Position numbers and translations under genes: made by a program | From: Oculina patagonica | Taxonomy: Eukaryota | Direction: 5' to 3' | Assembly: GCF_052425735.1 (NCBI RefSeq) | Contig: NC_135766.1 | Location: forward strand, 310,001 to 374,000 | DNA: 64,000 nt | Shown here: piece by piece, positions 23,398 through 38,200 of the stretch | How the letters are laid out: each line of letters opens with the position of its first letter | Numbering within the stretch: position 1 is the stretch's first letter | Notes under the pieces: generated by a model | The model's database searches: none | Told to the model about the DNA's origin: nothing | Seen by the model: the letters and a program-made list of their open reading frames with translations, nothing else

Positions 23398-26199
23398 TCA
23401 ATTAAATCTGTAGTGTCGCTACCAAAGAGCTAGCAGATAAAAAAAAAATCGTGCTGACTGCAGCCTGCAGGGGCGGATCCAGAAATTTATGATCAGTGTG
23501 GGGGGGGGGGGGGGGGGGGGTCCAAACTGTTGAAACTTTTTGAGGCAAGATAATTCTCTTGGCGTTTTCACACATGTATTCCCGTAAGTAAAATTTCATT
23601 ACGATCGACATAAGAGACTGCAAAAGCACGTTTTAAAACTATAAGTCGATAGACATTGAACTCCTACGCGTACTTGTTATGCAGTTGGCCCTCGAATTTT
23701 GCATTGATTTCGTGATTTTCTGACTTCCTAAGAAAATAGTGAGATCCAAGATGGCGGCTCTTATGACGTCATTGGACGTCAGATAACGTCATAGCCAACC
23801 AAAGTTATCTCACCTTGTACAGTAAGCAAAGGGCTTTCTACTTACTGCGATGTTGCTTTGCATTATTTAAAACGAATACCTTAGGGTGTTTAACCACCCC
23901 CCCCCCCCACTTTGCAAAAAGTAGGGGTTTGAATTTTCATGTCAGTCCAAGGGTGAAACAGGTGAGCATACCAGTCATAATACATGTACCTGTTCGTTTT
24001 TCAGCCTCATGTACCCTCCGTGTCTAGAGGACTGAGGAATGTCGCCCTGTGGAGGTTGGTAAACTGTGGTGGTCATGTCTCCAGATGAATCAACATCAAC
24101 TAGGTGAGATTGAGTTCCCACTCCTCCTGAAACGGGTATAACGACCATTTGACGTTGGCCTGTCTGTGGCACTGGTGTGACAGTTTGGACTGCAATCATG
24201 CCACCACCTGTTTCCATTGGAACGGCAGCAGGGACACCAACAGGACATGGATTCATGGCATAACCAGGGTTAGCAGTATGCATCATTTGTCCCTGAGGAG
24301 AAAAGATTCTTGTGCATTGATCGATATTGCATCGAGAAATTAGTGTGCAATAATGTTAATAGCAATGATAACAGACTGTTGAGATATTTCCTACAAAAAA
24401 AGGCCTGCCAACAAACATGTTGATGTTGGACATGTATTACATTAAACAAAGAAACAAACAAACAAACAACCATACAGACAAAGAAACACATCAATCAACC
24501 AATCAATCAATCACAAGAATAACGATGTTTTGATTCTTATTAAGAATCACCATCAGCCGTTTGATAAATAAATTACATTTCACTCATTAGCATGAGTGTG
24601 TGACGATTCAAATGAAAGCTGCCAAGCTGTACTTTTATGCTTTACCGTACCCAAATTCGTAAGTAGCTTATCAGAAGCGAGATTTACTGTCCTGATATCC
24701 TACGATATCAAGTCACTGACCTGATATGCCACCATATCACGGTCACTTTGAAGTAAAGTAGTGTTACTGTACGATGAATTGAAAAGAGGTTTTACCAATA
24801 AAACAAAACTTCGTATTTTTTTTTTAAATGTAGCGGTGTTTAGCGGTCGTAAAAAGAGAAAAACTATTCCGCCAAAACTAAACTTGAGCGCGTTCGCCAA
24901 TTGCGCGATGTATGCCGACGAGTACTGAGACATTCAGACTGAAAAAATGGAGTCGGAATTTCCACATTTTTCGTTTAATTTTCATTTTGAAAATTTAGAG
25001 AATGAAACTCTAAACAACGAAGTGGAAAAAAGGCAGAAGAGGAACTTGGTAAAAGTGTTAAAGGCCAAGTCAACACAATTTGCAGTACGTACCTTGCAAG
25101 CATGGCTTCAACAGAGCGATAAATATAACCGGATTTTTGGCTGAATTTGGGTACGGTAAATACCTAATCGTACCTTTTTGGTACGCTTCGGCTGCATATC
25201 AGGCTCGTTTGGTCTCGCCATGGGTGTTTTGGCTCGACTGCGTCTCGCCAAAATAGGAACCATGGTTCGACCAAACTCGCCTGATATGCGGCCGAAGCGT
25301 ACCAAAAAGGTACGATTAGGTATAAGTACTGTTTATTTTGTTGTAAGTGCTTGATCACTCTCGTGACGCTCACCTGCTGTGGATGAGTATCGTAGCAACA
25401 TGTGCAAGGTTTCATCAGACAAAGACACACGGCCGCCCAGATTCCAGTGGAAAACTCAACAATGCCAAGAATCAAAATAACCGCACAGAGAGCCAATTGT
25501 GTGCCGTATCTGTGGTCTCTGTAGTAGTAGTCCTTTGTAGGACCATATTCATAGTCACGGTACCGGTAGTAATCATCGTCGTAGTAGTACCAGTTTCCAT
25601 ATCCAGCAATTCCCATGCTATAGATGATGATGATTGCTCCGCCAAACACAGCCGAGGTGATGGAGAAGCCCATGAACACACCAGCCTTAACGAAAAGAGT
25701 AAAGGTGAATATTGCTTTAAAAGCCATTAATAATTCATTAACAAAATACAAATGAAATAAATGTTTAATGAGTGTATTAAACATATTGATAAAGACACGG
25801 CTACATTTTTGTCCAAAAAAATTCACAGTTACTTTATCAAGTCTAAAACACTCGGTTGCGCTTTGTGTTTTAAACTTGGTGTTCATTTATTAAAGATGTC
25901 AAAATTTCAAAGAGTTTCTTTATAGTATCATCATCATCATCATCAGGATCATTAACAGGAACAGGAACAGGAACTTACAGAACAGGAACATGACATTTAT
26001 GATATGGACCAAGTGGTTCTCGTACTGCTTTAGATCGATTTTTTTTTTGTTCTTCTTTTTTATTGCTCTCGAGTCCTTTTACTATTTTTCTACTTTTTAA
26101 GACACTGTTTATTATTATTAATAATATGTTTATATATAAGTTCTTATTCGAATATCATCATTGTATTCTTGAAATGGTTAATAAAATTCTTTCCATTCA

Positions 26200-26241
<42 letters not shown>

Positions 26242-29200
26242 ACTTACTTTTTATTTGTATTGTTTTTTGCTTCGTTTTTAAATTCCATTTTATTTTTTTT
26301 GTGAAAAGCATGACTCTGCAGCAGTTTTGATTTATAATTTTGTACAAAGTATTTTTACTCTTCACGATATGGATGATAACCTAGAGACGAGAGACATTCA
26401 TTTCAACTTGTGTCTTCTGTACATGTGTGGTACCCTGTTTTTTTTTTTTTTTTTACTTTTCTGTACTTCCAAGGACTTAATACTCATAGGCCAAGATATT
26501 AACGTAGATATCTGATAAAGACACGTAGATATCTGATATCTACAACTTAGATATCTTACGGAAACCATTCAGTCGTAATCTATTTACGAAACAGAGCTAA
26601 AAAAATCACACGATGTACTTTTGGACAAAGAATATTTCAACGCTGATACCAACTTACATATGCATTGCGGGAAGTAGTTCGTTCCTTTCGAGTGCCAAGT
26701 ATACCCAGTTTTCCAGTGATAACCATCTGAGAAAAAAAAAAAGGCCTTACATTAAGGTTACTGTGTGCTGTGTGCTCCTTGGATTTCATGACATAAGCTA
26801 TCAAACAATATTGTTAACTTGAGCATATAAAAGTTGGATCGCTTTCGTCGTCAACACGAATGAAAACGTTATCCTTTCAAATTGTGCCACTCGAAGTGCC
26901 AATAACGCAGTTGTTCTTGAGTGTCCGGAATTTGGGCGCCATGTGGAAGGTCGAAGGAAATACTTCTATATGTCATTATAGTTTCCGTAGAAACTGAATG
27001 GAAAAACTGAATTGCAAAACCAGGATACTAAGCACGAGATTTAACAGACCAAATAAAATTTAAAAATCATTCAATTTTTGCGCTTGACAGTCTTCACCAA
27101 GAGCTACACAAATTTAAAAACACCACAAATTTGCATTTAATCCAAACGTAACTCAACGAAATGCTCGCCGAGCAACAAACTCGCTCATATAAAAGCGATC
27201 TTCGCAAGAGCTATTAAAATACTGATAGTTAAATTGAAGCAAAATAATAGTTAACTTCGTACTTCTAAACAGAACCGGTAAGCACGATTTAAACGACATT
27301 TATGTCAATGTCTTTGTTTAGTTTAAATCCGGAACAGCGCAAGCTCCTGTTTGACTATTTCGCTACTTTATTTTTCACACAATCTGACATCTAACTTTTC
27401 CAGGTTGAAAATGATTTTGTAAGCTTGGCCTATATGAGTTCAAAGTCGTTCGAGATACAGAAAAGTGAAAAATATATTGTACCACCCCAGGTGCATTACA
27501 CGTTAGACTTACACAAACTAGGTTCTCATCCATGGCCTGAACAGTACATACATGTGTACAAAATCCGAACTGCTGCNNNNNNNNNNNNNNNNNNNNNNNN
27601 NNNNNNNNNNNNNNNNNNNNNNNNNNNNNNNNNNNNNNNNNNNNNNNNNNNNNNNNNNNNNNNNNNNNNNNNNNNNNNNNNNNNNNNNNNNNNNNNNNNN
27701 NNNNNNNNNNATAAATTCATTTTTATATTGAAAATGAAGTATTTTTAAATGTATGAAGTTCCAGATGAAGGTGATTATTGAGACTAAACGGACATCATTA
27801 CGTCATTTTGATAATTATTGCTTCTCTGAATAGCCATATATAGCACTCTCAGAGTCCAATGTTAGTGTGTTATAAGTTGGTTTTGATCTCCAGTATCTTT
27901 CTTCACACAAACTCTTTAAGCTTGGAAAACATTTAAACCAAGGCATCAAACATGTCATTTTTTTAACCCTTAACATGCTAAGCGCGGATTATTCCGGGAT
28001 TTGGAGGAATGGCCATTCTGCCACTTATGACGTCACCAATTTACACGTCAGCAGGGTTTTTGATTTGCATCTTATAGAGCTAGGCTAGATCTTTCCACAG
28101 GAATATCCATCTTAAATATTGACTGCATTCCGACAGAGCTAATTGAAAAAAACACGATCAGTTTTTGGTGTAAAATTGGTGCTAAAACAGGCCAAAATAC
28201 CCGTACTTGATCACGATCTCCTTTCCAGGGTTTTCCATTGATTCAGATCAAAACTTTTCAGGCCAGTAGAAGGGGTGCACAGAGTAAAAGATAGAGAAAA
28301 TAAGAAACCAGAAAAAAACGAAAAGGAAAGGAGCAAGGAAAAAATTCGGAAAGGTTCAGCAAAAAAATGTCCAAATTTTGGCTTATGCGAATGCGCCAAA
28401 GTAAAATATTGTACATTTTTACATTGAAATTTCATCAAAATTTTCCTGCATTGTGAAAAAGTGCATTTTTAGCGAATTTAGAGAACTTTTGGACCGTGGA
28501 GCCAAGAAAATCGATAAACGGTTAAAGAAACGCGTTTTTAGGAATAATTTCAGCATATTAAGGTGTAATCTAGCGCTATTTCCATTTCTGGTTTTCTTGA
28601 AGTTATACCTCATAAAAAATAACTTTTCCCAGTGAAAAGTGCAATGCAGACAAGCTTTGAAGGAGCTTTGTTGTGGTGCTTATCATTGTTAAAAATATGA
28701 ATGTTTACTCTTTTCGTTAAGGCTGGTGTGTTCATGGGTTTCTCCATCACCTCAGCTGTGTTTGGCGGAGCAATCATCATCATCTATAGCATAGGAATTG
28801 CTACATATCGAGACACCCGGTATTACTACTACAACAATGATTACTACCGGCGCCGTAACTATGAATATGGCACAGAGTCGTACTGGAGACGCCGTTACAA
28901 TCCCACTGAGGCCTACTGGAGACGCCGTTACGGTCCTACAGAGGACTATTACTACAGTGAAAGGGACCACAGATACGACACGGAAATTGCTCTCTGTGCG
29001 GTTATTTTGGTGCTCGGCATTGTTGAGTTTGCCACTGGAATCTGGGCGGCCGTGTGTCTTTGCCTGATGAAACCTTGCACATGTTGCTATGGCACTCCTC
29101 CACAACAGGTGAGCGTCACGCAGGCCATCAAGTGAATGGTCACACACAAAATAAATCTATCAAATGACCGATGGTGATTCTTATTTAGAATAAAAACATT

Positions 29201-32200
29201 TTTATTATTTTAATTGTTTGATTGCTTGATTGATTGATGGATGGATGTGTTGCTTGATTGATTGATGTGTTTGTTTGTTTGTTTGTTTTTGTTTCTATTT
29301 TTGTTAGATGTAATACGTGTCCAACATCAACATGTTTGATGATAGGCCTCCTCCTTGTAGAAAAAAATTCTTAAGGGCCCATTACAGTATCTTTTGGGGC
29401 CGTTGCTAGGGAGATTTCAATTGGCTGTGACTTAATTTATCTTTCTTTTATTTAACCAAATTTAGACAGGACTTTTAGAGTACGACTGCAAGTCTGTTGA
29501 TGACGTCATCGGTGCACGTCTAATGTCACGTGACCCAGAACAAAAAACTGAGTTTTACGCAAGAAACTTACGGTCTCATTCATAGTTTGTAGTATTATGT
29601 CAATCAGTACTTTTAAAAAATGTAAGCATGCGTTTCCGTTAGCACAAAAACTTGAAAAATAAGTAAAGAAAATGTGTTCTTTTGACCACGTTTTTGAACA
29701 CAACTTTAATGTTGTTTCGATTTTCCGAAAACGCATGCTTACGTTTAAAGAAAAATGTATTTTCTTTCGATTTACTGCAAAAAACAGAAGGTATGGTTTT
29801 TTCCTTCCGAGAAAAACTCTCATTTTTGTCCGTACCGGAAGTAAAATTATACGGTGAATGATTGGTTGAAATCATCGTAATTGACATTGCTGCACTAAGT
29901 TGGCTTTCCCCCCGCTCACGTACGCTTCAAATACTATAATTTTTCGACACGGCAAACTTTACTTCTTGCTTGTATTCGGACAGCTTTAACAACGTTTATT
30001 GTCGCTCAACTAACATGTAGAGGCTAAGACAAATGTAAACAACGGCCGTCGTAAGTATTAAAAAGAGTTTAGTACGGCAAACTTTACTTCTTGCTTGTAT
30101 TCGGACAGCTTTAACAACGTTTACTGTCGCTCAACTAACATGTAGAGGCTAAGACAAATGTAAACAACGGCCGTCGTAAGTATTAAAAAGAGTTTAGTGT
30201 GAGTTTCTTTTATTTTCGGCTGGTAATTTGCGAATTAGCGTAAACGACGTTATCGTGTTTTGAGCAAGAAGTCTTCAATTCATAGTTCGGTTGAATGAAT
30301 TGTTAACGTTTGTAAGCTGAAATGTTTTTATACAGGTGTTTTATATAGTTTAGTTTTCGCAGTTTTGTACCTTACTGAATTTGTCCTGTGGTTAGACTGC
30401 TGTACGAATCTTAATCAGTAGTTTCTGCGTGCGTAAAAATTATCTTACCTTCGTTTCGCGAACGAAATGAATCGCTGTTTTTTTTTTTTTTTCTGAGCTT
30501 CGTTTAGTTCTAGTGACAGTGCTTTAATTTTTGCTAGTAGCTTTCACAGATTTCTTCAGTGAGCTGAAGGGGACACATTTGGGGACACATGCGCACATTC
30601 GCATATTTTCTAACGCATCGGCACTACTTTGAAAAATATTTCGGCGGTTTCGGATACTTGCTTCAGGCTTCGTATATGTTTTGAAATCATTTACGGTGAC
30701 AAACCTTTTTTTTTTATTTTAATTTACCCAGTTTCTGTTGCTGTAGAACAAATTTCCGTGATTGGAATATGATTCTAACCGAGAGCTAAATGGGAACTAA
30801 ACTCGCGTAAAATTTTGCCGCTAAGCTGAGAAAACCGGAAATAAAATTGCACTTGCGTGGCAGCCGCGTAGCTTGGCAACGAGATACTGTAATGGGCCCT
30901 TAACAGTCTATTATTATTGTTAATAAAATTATTGCGCACAAATTTATCGATGCAATATCGATCAATGCACAAACATTTGCTTTCTCCTCAGGGACAAATG
31001 ATGTATACTGCCAATCCTGGTTATGCCATGACTCCATTCCCTGTTGGTGTCCCTGCGGCCGTTCCATTGCAAGCAGGTGATGGCATGGTTGCAATGCAAA
31101 CTGTCACACCAGGGGCACAGGCAGGCCAACCTCAAATGGTCGTTATACCCGTTTCAGGAGGAGTTAGTACTCAATCCCACCTGGTTGAAGTTGCGGCACC
31201 TAGCAACATGACCGCCACAGTTTACCAACCTCCACAGGTCGAGATTCCTCAGTCCTCTAGACACGGAGGGTACATGAGGCTGACAAACGAACAGGTACGT
31301 GTATTATGACTGGTATGCTTACGTCATTAACCCTCGGACTGACAAGAAAATCCGAACCCCCACTGTTTACAATGTGAGGGAGGGAGTTACAGTAGAACCC
31401 CGGTAACTCAATCTCGGATAACTCGAACAACCCCGCTAACTCGAACTAACTTCCATTTCCCTTGGATTTGAACCCACTTTTCAGTCATTTTTACTCGGTA
31501 ATCTCGAACTTGGATTACTCGAAAACCTCGCTAACTCGAACTAAATTTCGTTTCCCTTTATCAAAATTTGGGTCAAATTTACCCTGATAACTCGAATTCC
31601 GGTTCTTGCAACTCGACACGGTTGCCCATTGGTTAGAACAACGACAGATCACGTATTTGACAGCCATTTTCACTCTTATTAGAAGACTGTGTGTTCGTGT
31701 TAGAGTTTCTGACGAGATCAGTTTAATTGCACTGTACTGGAGACTACAGAGCTGAAAAATCAGTAAACTATCAATTATTAACTTGGCATATTAAATACTT
31801 AATCGACCCCGATAATTCGAAACCCCGCTAACTCGAAATGCTTTTCCTTTTCTGTCAGAGTTCGAGTTACCGGGGTTCTACTGTATTAGTAGACTCCCTT
31901 AACCATATTAAGACCAGGCTTTTTGGACCTTCTTGGACCGCACGGGGTGGGAGTGGGGGGGGGGGGGGGGGGGGCTTTAGAAGCCTCCATATGTAACTTC
32001 CAGAATGTTTAAGCAATCACAATGAAACTTATAGAATGTATAGTATGTCCGAACATCTATCTTTTGGTATACATCACGTGGGATGATGTCGTCACGTCAT
32101 CATTACTCATCATTGCACGTCATCATTGCCCAATCAGGAGGCAGCATTCAGAGAGCTGTTTAAAACTGGCCTGGTCGCCTGGGGCACCTTTCCATTGCTC

Positions 32201-35200
32201 CAACTTTTATAATTATGCCAAACGTTTTCCCCGCAGTTTCGCGTTTCCCCACCCACACTTACTGCCCCTGGGTCTCCGAGCTTGTAAAGGCGCTCGTAAC
32301 GAAACTTTGCTTACGAAATAGCATTTTTTTGAAACGCTTTTTTTTTTTAGATACACTCAGCGTAGTTTGTTTATGGTTTCTATTTCATAGCTGTTTGTTA
32401 GCGATACAAAGAAAAACCTTATTTAAAAAAAAAAAAAATCACGTACTAATTGCCTACTACCACTTCCCGCTCAATAGCTTTATCCATCCTTTAGCGGTTT
32501 TTTTTGTAACCGTTAACGTAAACTATAACTAAAGTAGACTTATGTTTTTATTTTTCCCTTCAATAGAATCCCGTGGCCATTTGAGGTGTATAAACGCTTG
32601 GTGACATTCTGGTTTACACCATAAAGGCCAGACAGACGTTAAAGAAAACTTAATTAACATAACTTTCAAAACAACCTCTGGGCTCTGCACACGTAATACA
32701 GAAAAAAAAATATATCATTTGACTCGTCACACAACACTGTTGCATTGCAGGTTGTTAAGTGTTGCAAGTTGTGGTAACATGTTGCATGAACTCATGTCTA
32801 CAACACACAGCGCGTTATCGCAGCGTGCAATACTAAAGGTGTTAAGCGCAACAACACTTTACAGCATGAAATACAACAATGTCTTAGGACAAAAAATATG
32901 TTGCCCGTATAACCGGGTTCTGAGTGTAAATTCTTAGCTGCTTGCATTTTGGCTGTATAGTTTGTATCAATGGATCTCTACTAGATTTCTTTAATCTAGT
33001 TCTTAAAACGTTTGATTTATGTTTTTTTTTTTTTCACCGCTACAAAGTTCATTACATCGGATACAACTGATATTATATTAGTTTTTTTTTAACTTGAATA
33101 AAATCTAAATAGGCCATGATCAAACGAGGACAATAGTCACCAAAAGTAATAGCATTACTAGATAAAGTTACACCGCTAGCGACCGAGTAGGTTTCAAATT
33201 TAATAATAGCGTGAAGAGTGGGTCGAGAGTCTGTAAGGTCTTGTTTTGTTGGGTACAATCTTTTCAATCGGATCCAGTTTTAGTTGGTTGGATTGAAGTG
33301 TTGCAATAATAGAACACTTTTCTAACCGTGTTCGGCTAAGACAGTTAATATATAACCGTTTGTTCTGGTTGTGTTGGAATAAATCTTTTATTTTTTTCCT
33401 GTTGGATGGATATTGGTTGGGTTAAAAAGCGTTTTTTTAAAGAACAATGCTATACGCTTTAACAAAGGAACTGTACATTTAGACTAATTTAGTGGCCGTC
33501 TGAAATATTGTACTGTCCTTGCAACAAATTGCAAATAAATGAGTTTGAATACGACTAGTACTTTCTGCTTTCAAATCAGTTTCAGGCTAGAAAAAGAAAG
33601 TCGTTTTCTTTCTTGTACTTGTAAAGTGTGAAAGACAACCTTCGCCGACCTCTACACTAAATGGGACTCCTTCACACCTCGCAAGTACAAGATCAATCTC
33701 ATCCGCACACTTACTTATCACTGTCTTTGCATCTGTTCGTCGCCTTCTTTGTTCCAGTCAACTTTAACAAGGCTTTGACACGCAATGGTTACCCCATGGT
33801 ATTATTGCTTATAACATGATCGATGTAGTGACCAGATTGCGTGACAGTCGCAAATAGCTGCTCAATGTTTATAAACATGGCGGAAAATTCAGCGAAGGCT
33901 GCCAACATGGCCAGGGTTGTTGCCATCGTACACATCGTTGTAGGGTCTATACTCATCTCCTTGGGCATCGCAGATCGTGCTGTGCAATATTACTGGACAG
34001 GATATGGATGTTACGGCATTTGGATGGGAGTTTGGGTGAGTTGTGCTTGCCGTCATATCAATAATATAGACAACCTTTTATTCGAAAAGCGAGTTTTTAT
34101 ACATTTTTATTTAATGCTGACCAAGTAAAGGGATTTGGAGCTAGCTTTTAGTTATTAGACATTTAAGTCATCGGCGTGGCTGGTGCAATGTTAAATCAAC
34201 AGACGAACACGTCGAAAACGAGGTATGATAGACAGACTACTACTGGTTATACCTTGTAGGACAAATGTACTAATCTGTCCTTCATATGTAAAATATAATC
34301 TTGGAGCAAATTAAGTGGTACATGAAAAACCCATCGATCTCGTAGGTTTTTTTTTACACATACAAGTCAATTTTTAACCTGTAAAGACTTGGTGCCTATA
34401 CATAAGTTAGGGGCGTAAAGTGAAAATGCGAAGTACAATGTACTAACTGACTAACAAGAAATTTCACTTTTTCCGGGTTTCGGATGCCATGACACTCAAG
34501 ACGCAATATTTTATGATGTGGGTTGTGAACATGCAGTCCCTTAAGTCAGGCTTAATTCTAGGTTAAAGAAATGAAAAGTAAGTGGATTATTTCATGACCA
34601 ATTCTCATCGATCAAGGCCGTATAGTCTGTTAGTTAATCACTCGACGAGAATTTCGAACATGGAGTTTTATTTTGATTAGTCAGTGTGTTGCCTGCGTCG
34701 CAGACGTAACCTAACTCCGGCTAGTAACGTCTGCGAAGCAGCACAGAGATCCGTGTTCTTGATCCCCGACTGACTCAAGGAATTACCGGAAGTGTGTTTG
34801 GAAATTTCTTTCAATCTGCCATTACTATTGCCGAATCCTACTGTGTGTCCATTGGTTACAAGACTTTGTAACAACGTTTGTGCCATGACATTTGTTGTCT
34901 TTCGACCTGTTCGCTTATCGCATGTTTCTGCAGGGCACTTTATGCTGTATAAGTATGAGACAAATCCGCTGAAAAATCTGTCTGATTTAAATCACGACAA
35001 CCATACGCCGCATTACTGAGAGCTATCCAGTGGTCCGTGGAATACTGCAATAGTCGAGCTCCATTCGTTAATTAAAAAAATAATAATAAAAATAATAAAA
35101 TAAAAAATATCATTTTATACCTGTAAGAGTAAGATGACAGCGTAAAGTTAAAAATAGAATAGCGAATCAAACAGTTAAACAGGAGCTACCGCTGGTCCGG

Positions 35201-38200
35201 ACTTCAACTTATAGACGTATTGCAAATACATTAAAATCAGTGGTCGCACTAGAGCGAATTTTGTTTGTGTAAGTCATAAATATGTCAACACGTAGCGTAA
35301 AATAAGTGCGACCCTCAGTTTCAAAATCTTGCCAAATTTTTGCGGATCGCCAAAAATACACCAATCTTCAAAGAAGCCGAAGTGCTGCCTCGGAGGCTTC
35401 CAAATTTTGGCAAATCAAACAATTTTGTTTTTTTAACCATTAAACTGTCATATTACGCAAAACATGTTTGGATAAAATTACGGCGGGAAAATAGTTTGTC
35501 GCTACTAGTTTGGCAAGCGCAATGGCGGGATAAAAATAACTTTTTACCCGGCCCATCTGGCTCTTTTTATAGTTATTTAACGTCAAATGAGGAAAATGAG
35601 CGGGGCTTCTATCCGAACCTCTATGAACCGTACCCTGGTTGTAGTTCAGGCTACTGGCAGCACGAACAGGTGGTGTTTGAGAGAGAATCCTCTGTCGGCG
35701 CAAGGATGGAACAATCTCCTCCGATCACAAATAAAGAAGCCAGCCAAAGTAGCGCAACCAGTAACCCAAAAGAAAAAAGGAAGTACGAAACATGGTCTCA
35801 AGGTGAGCAGAAGTTACTAGTCCAGTTGTGGGCCGATAACCACGAGTTGCTGGAGAGCAGAGAGTCGAGAACGGCGTGGAGGAAGATTTGCGACGAGTTA
35901 AACTCTCGTATGGAAACCAACAAGACCGTCGAGAAGTGCATGAAGAAGATGAAATACTTAATTGACAAATACAAAGAGGCAAAGGAGTGGAATAGGAAAC
36001 AGACAGGGGGTACAAGACGACAAAGTGTATTTTATGAAGAGATCGATGCCATCTTGGGGTGCCGAGATATCGTGACATTACGAAACGTGTCCGAAGCAGG
36101 GTCCAGTACAAGCGCAAATTCAAGCGATAGTCCACTGAACACATCAAACAGTAGCAGCGGTGTTGGCTCTCCAGCAGGCTCCGATGATTTAGATGCAGAG
36201 CCCAACAGAAATAAGCAAAGTGAATGGCAGTTGAAGACGAAAGATGCGAGGAACGATAGGAAGAAGCAATCAAAACAGTCGAGAAAAAGAAATCGCGCAG
36301 CCTTCGAAGAAAGCGAAGAGGAGGACAGAAAGGAGCTACGTGAAAGCATGGCCGCGTTCAAAAAATGCGGAGATAATTTAAGTAACTTTATGGCAACCTT
36401 CTCAGAGACTCAGAAACAACAGATGGCCATGATGGGTCAATTTATTGGGGCCATGACCCAGTTTATGAGCACAAACGCGAACCCTGGTTCGTCTTCTACC
36501 GGCTGACTCGGCGCGGACTGTATGTAGCACATTTTTTTTAGCCAGGAATGGACTGTGTTAAAAAAATGCATAGATATGTTTCAGTTGTGGAAAAATAACA
36601 GTTGTTTTAAGCAAGTTTTAAAGAATGTTTTACTACGCTTATTATATTGCGTGAGCTAGTACATGTAACGCCATTACACGTTTTGTTTATGAAGTTGTAC
36701 CAACTGTGATTATAACTGATTTGAAATCAAAAACTGTTAACATGGTAACTAGAAAACTGCGAAATATACGAGAACGGTAACGAGGAAGATAAAATGTACT
36801 GAAACCTACTGAAAAATAAATCGACCGATTTCAATAAAGTTAAAGATATTCCTTCAGAATGTCTCTGATTTCTTCTCCATCTCTCACAACATCTTCGTTG
36901 TCATCATCACGGCCATTGTGATCTGGATTTCCATCGTCATCCCATTCATCCCCCATTTTGATACAGAAATTGTGCAGGACAGCACATGCAATAGCGATCT
37001 TGACGGAGAATTTAATGTCACTATCAAGACGCTTTTGTAAAATTCTCCAGCGTGACTTGAGGCATCCAAAAGCGCACTCTATTTTGACCCTTGCACTAGA
37101 CAGCTCACGGTTAAATTGTATCTCGCTTCTGTCTCTCGTAGCCTCTGGGAATGGTTTTTGAAGCCATGGAGATATCGGATACGCACTGTCTCCTACTAAA
37201 TATGGGCCAATATCGTGATGGTTTACATTGACTACAGGGCCAGTGAGAATATCTCCTTGCTCAGCTCTTTGATATAAAGTACTGTTCCGTAATATGCGAG
37301 CGTCATGCATACTTCCCGGATATCCAGCGGAAAAATCTAAAAAGAGCAAATTCCCATCAGCAACTGCCTGAATACCAAAGTCGTGATGCTGATATCGGCT
37401 GAAGTAATCGACTGGACTCTCACGAGGTGCATTTATTGGTATATGCGTGCCATCGATTGCTCCAACTATGTTTGGCAGTCGAGATAAATCTTGAAATGTT
37501 TCTATAGAAGCTGCTGTTTCTGCCACTGTTTCTGGGAAATGAATATATTCATCTCTCAATTCAAACAGAGCTGCCACAACATCCTGTACTGCCTCGATTA
37601 CTGTAGATTTGCCAACATTAAAAACAGGTCCAATGCTTATGTATGAATTGCCATGTGCAAGCCTATATATTCCTAAAGCTAAGACCTTTTCCGGTGGAAT
37701 GCAGTCCCTGAATCGTGTATTCTGTCTTGTTAACCACGGTGCCAGGATACCAACAAGGGCTTGAAAGGTCCCTCTCTTCATTCTCAGCTGGCGTCGAAAG
37801 TAGTCTCCCGGAATGTTTCTATCGTGGAAATGTATTTCAAACCATGACTCCACCGGACGAGGTAGAGTCCACGACCAAGGGCTGTTTCGTAAACGACCTC
37901 TATTCAAGCGAAGTCTACGTCTTCTAAAAGCAGAAGCTACCCGTAGAAAAGCCTGCTGATAGTGCGCCAACAATACTAAAAACGCTATGTTATTTTGTTG
38001 AGACAGAAACACAAGATTCAGCAAAAACCCGAAAGCCGTGAAAATAATCATATGGTGACGATCCATATTTGCGCAATTTGCGCGCGAGCTGCTTTGTTGG
38101 TGTCGTGTTTCGAGCTCTAATTAGATGGGTTTGTGATTGACGTATGTGTCAATCAACAAAGTTTTGGTTAAAACATTTAGGTTTGATGCGACCTCTGCCA

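Larger units (their letters stand above)
28722..32584 (+). pseudogene. MS4A-like copy D, 5'-truncated (exons 3-5 only)
   Basis: Exons 28722-29108, 30992-31294, 32567-32584 are open with good splice sites; the duplication begins inside intron 2 at ~27430, so exons 1-2 are missing. Confidence 0.8.

Noticed and set aside
27421-27426. HindIII site (AAGCTT) at the orientation switch, suggesting a ligation chimera
   Set aside because: The matching 13-bp direct repeat at 46118-46130 and the resumed intron homology argue for a real insertion; long-read confirmation is still needed.
27577-27710. N gap as the inversion breakpoint or hiding the missing exons
   Set aside because: The strand switch occurs ~150 bp before the gap, and the gap flanks are collinear across a low-complexity tract of similar size.
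35725-36361. Antisense ORFs within the Harbinger Myb gene
   Set aside because: Shadow frames of a coding strand with no recognisable motifs.
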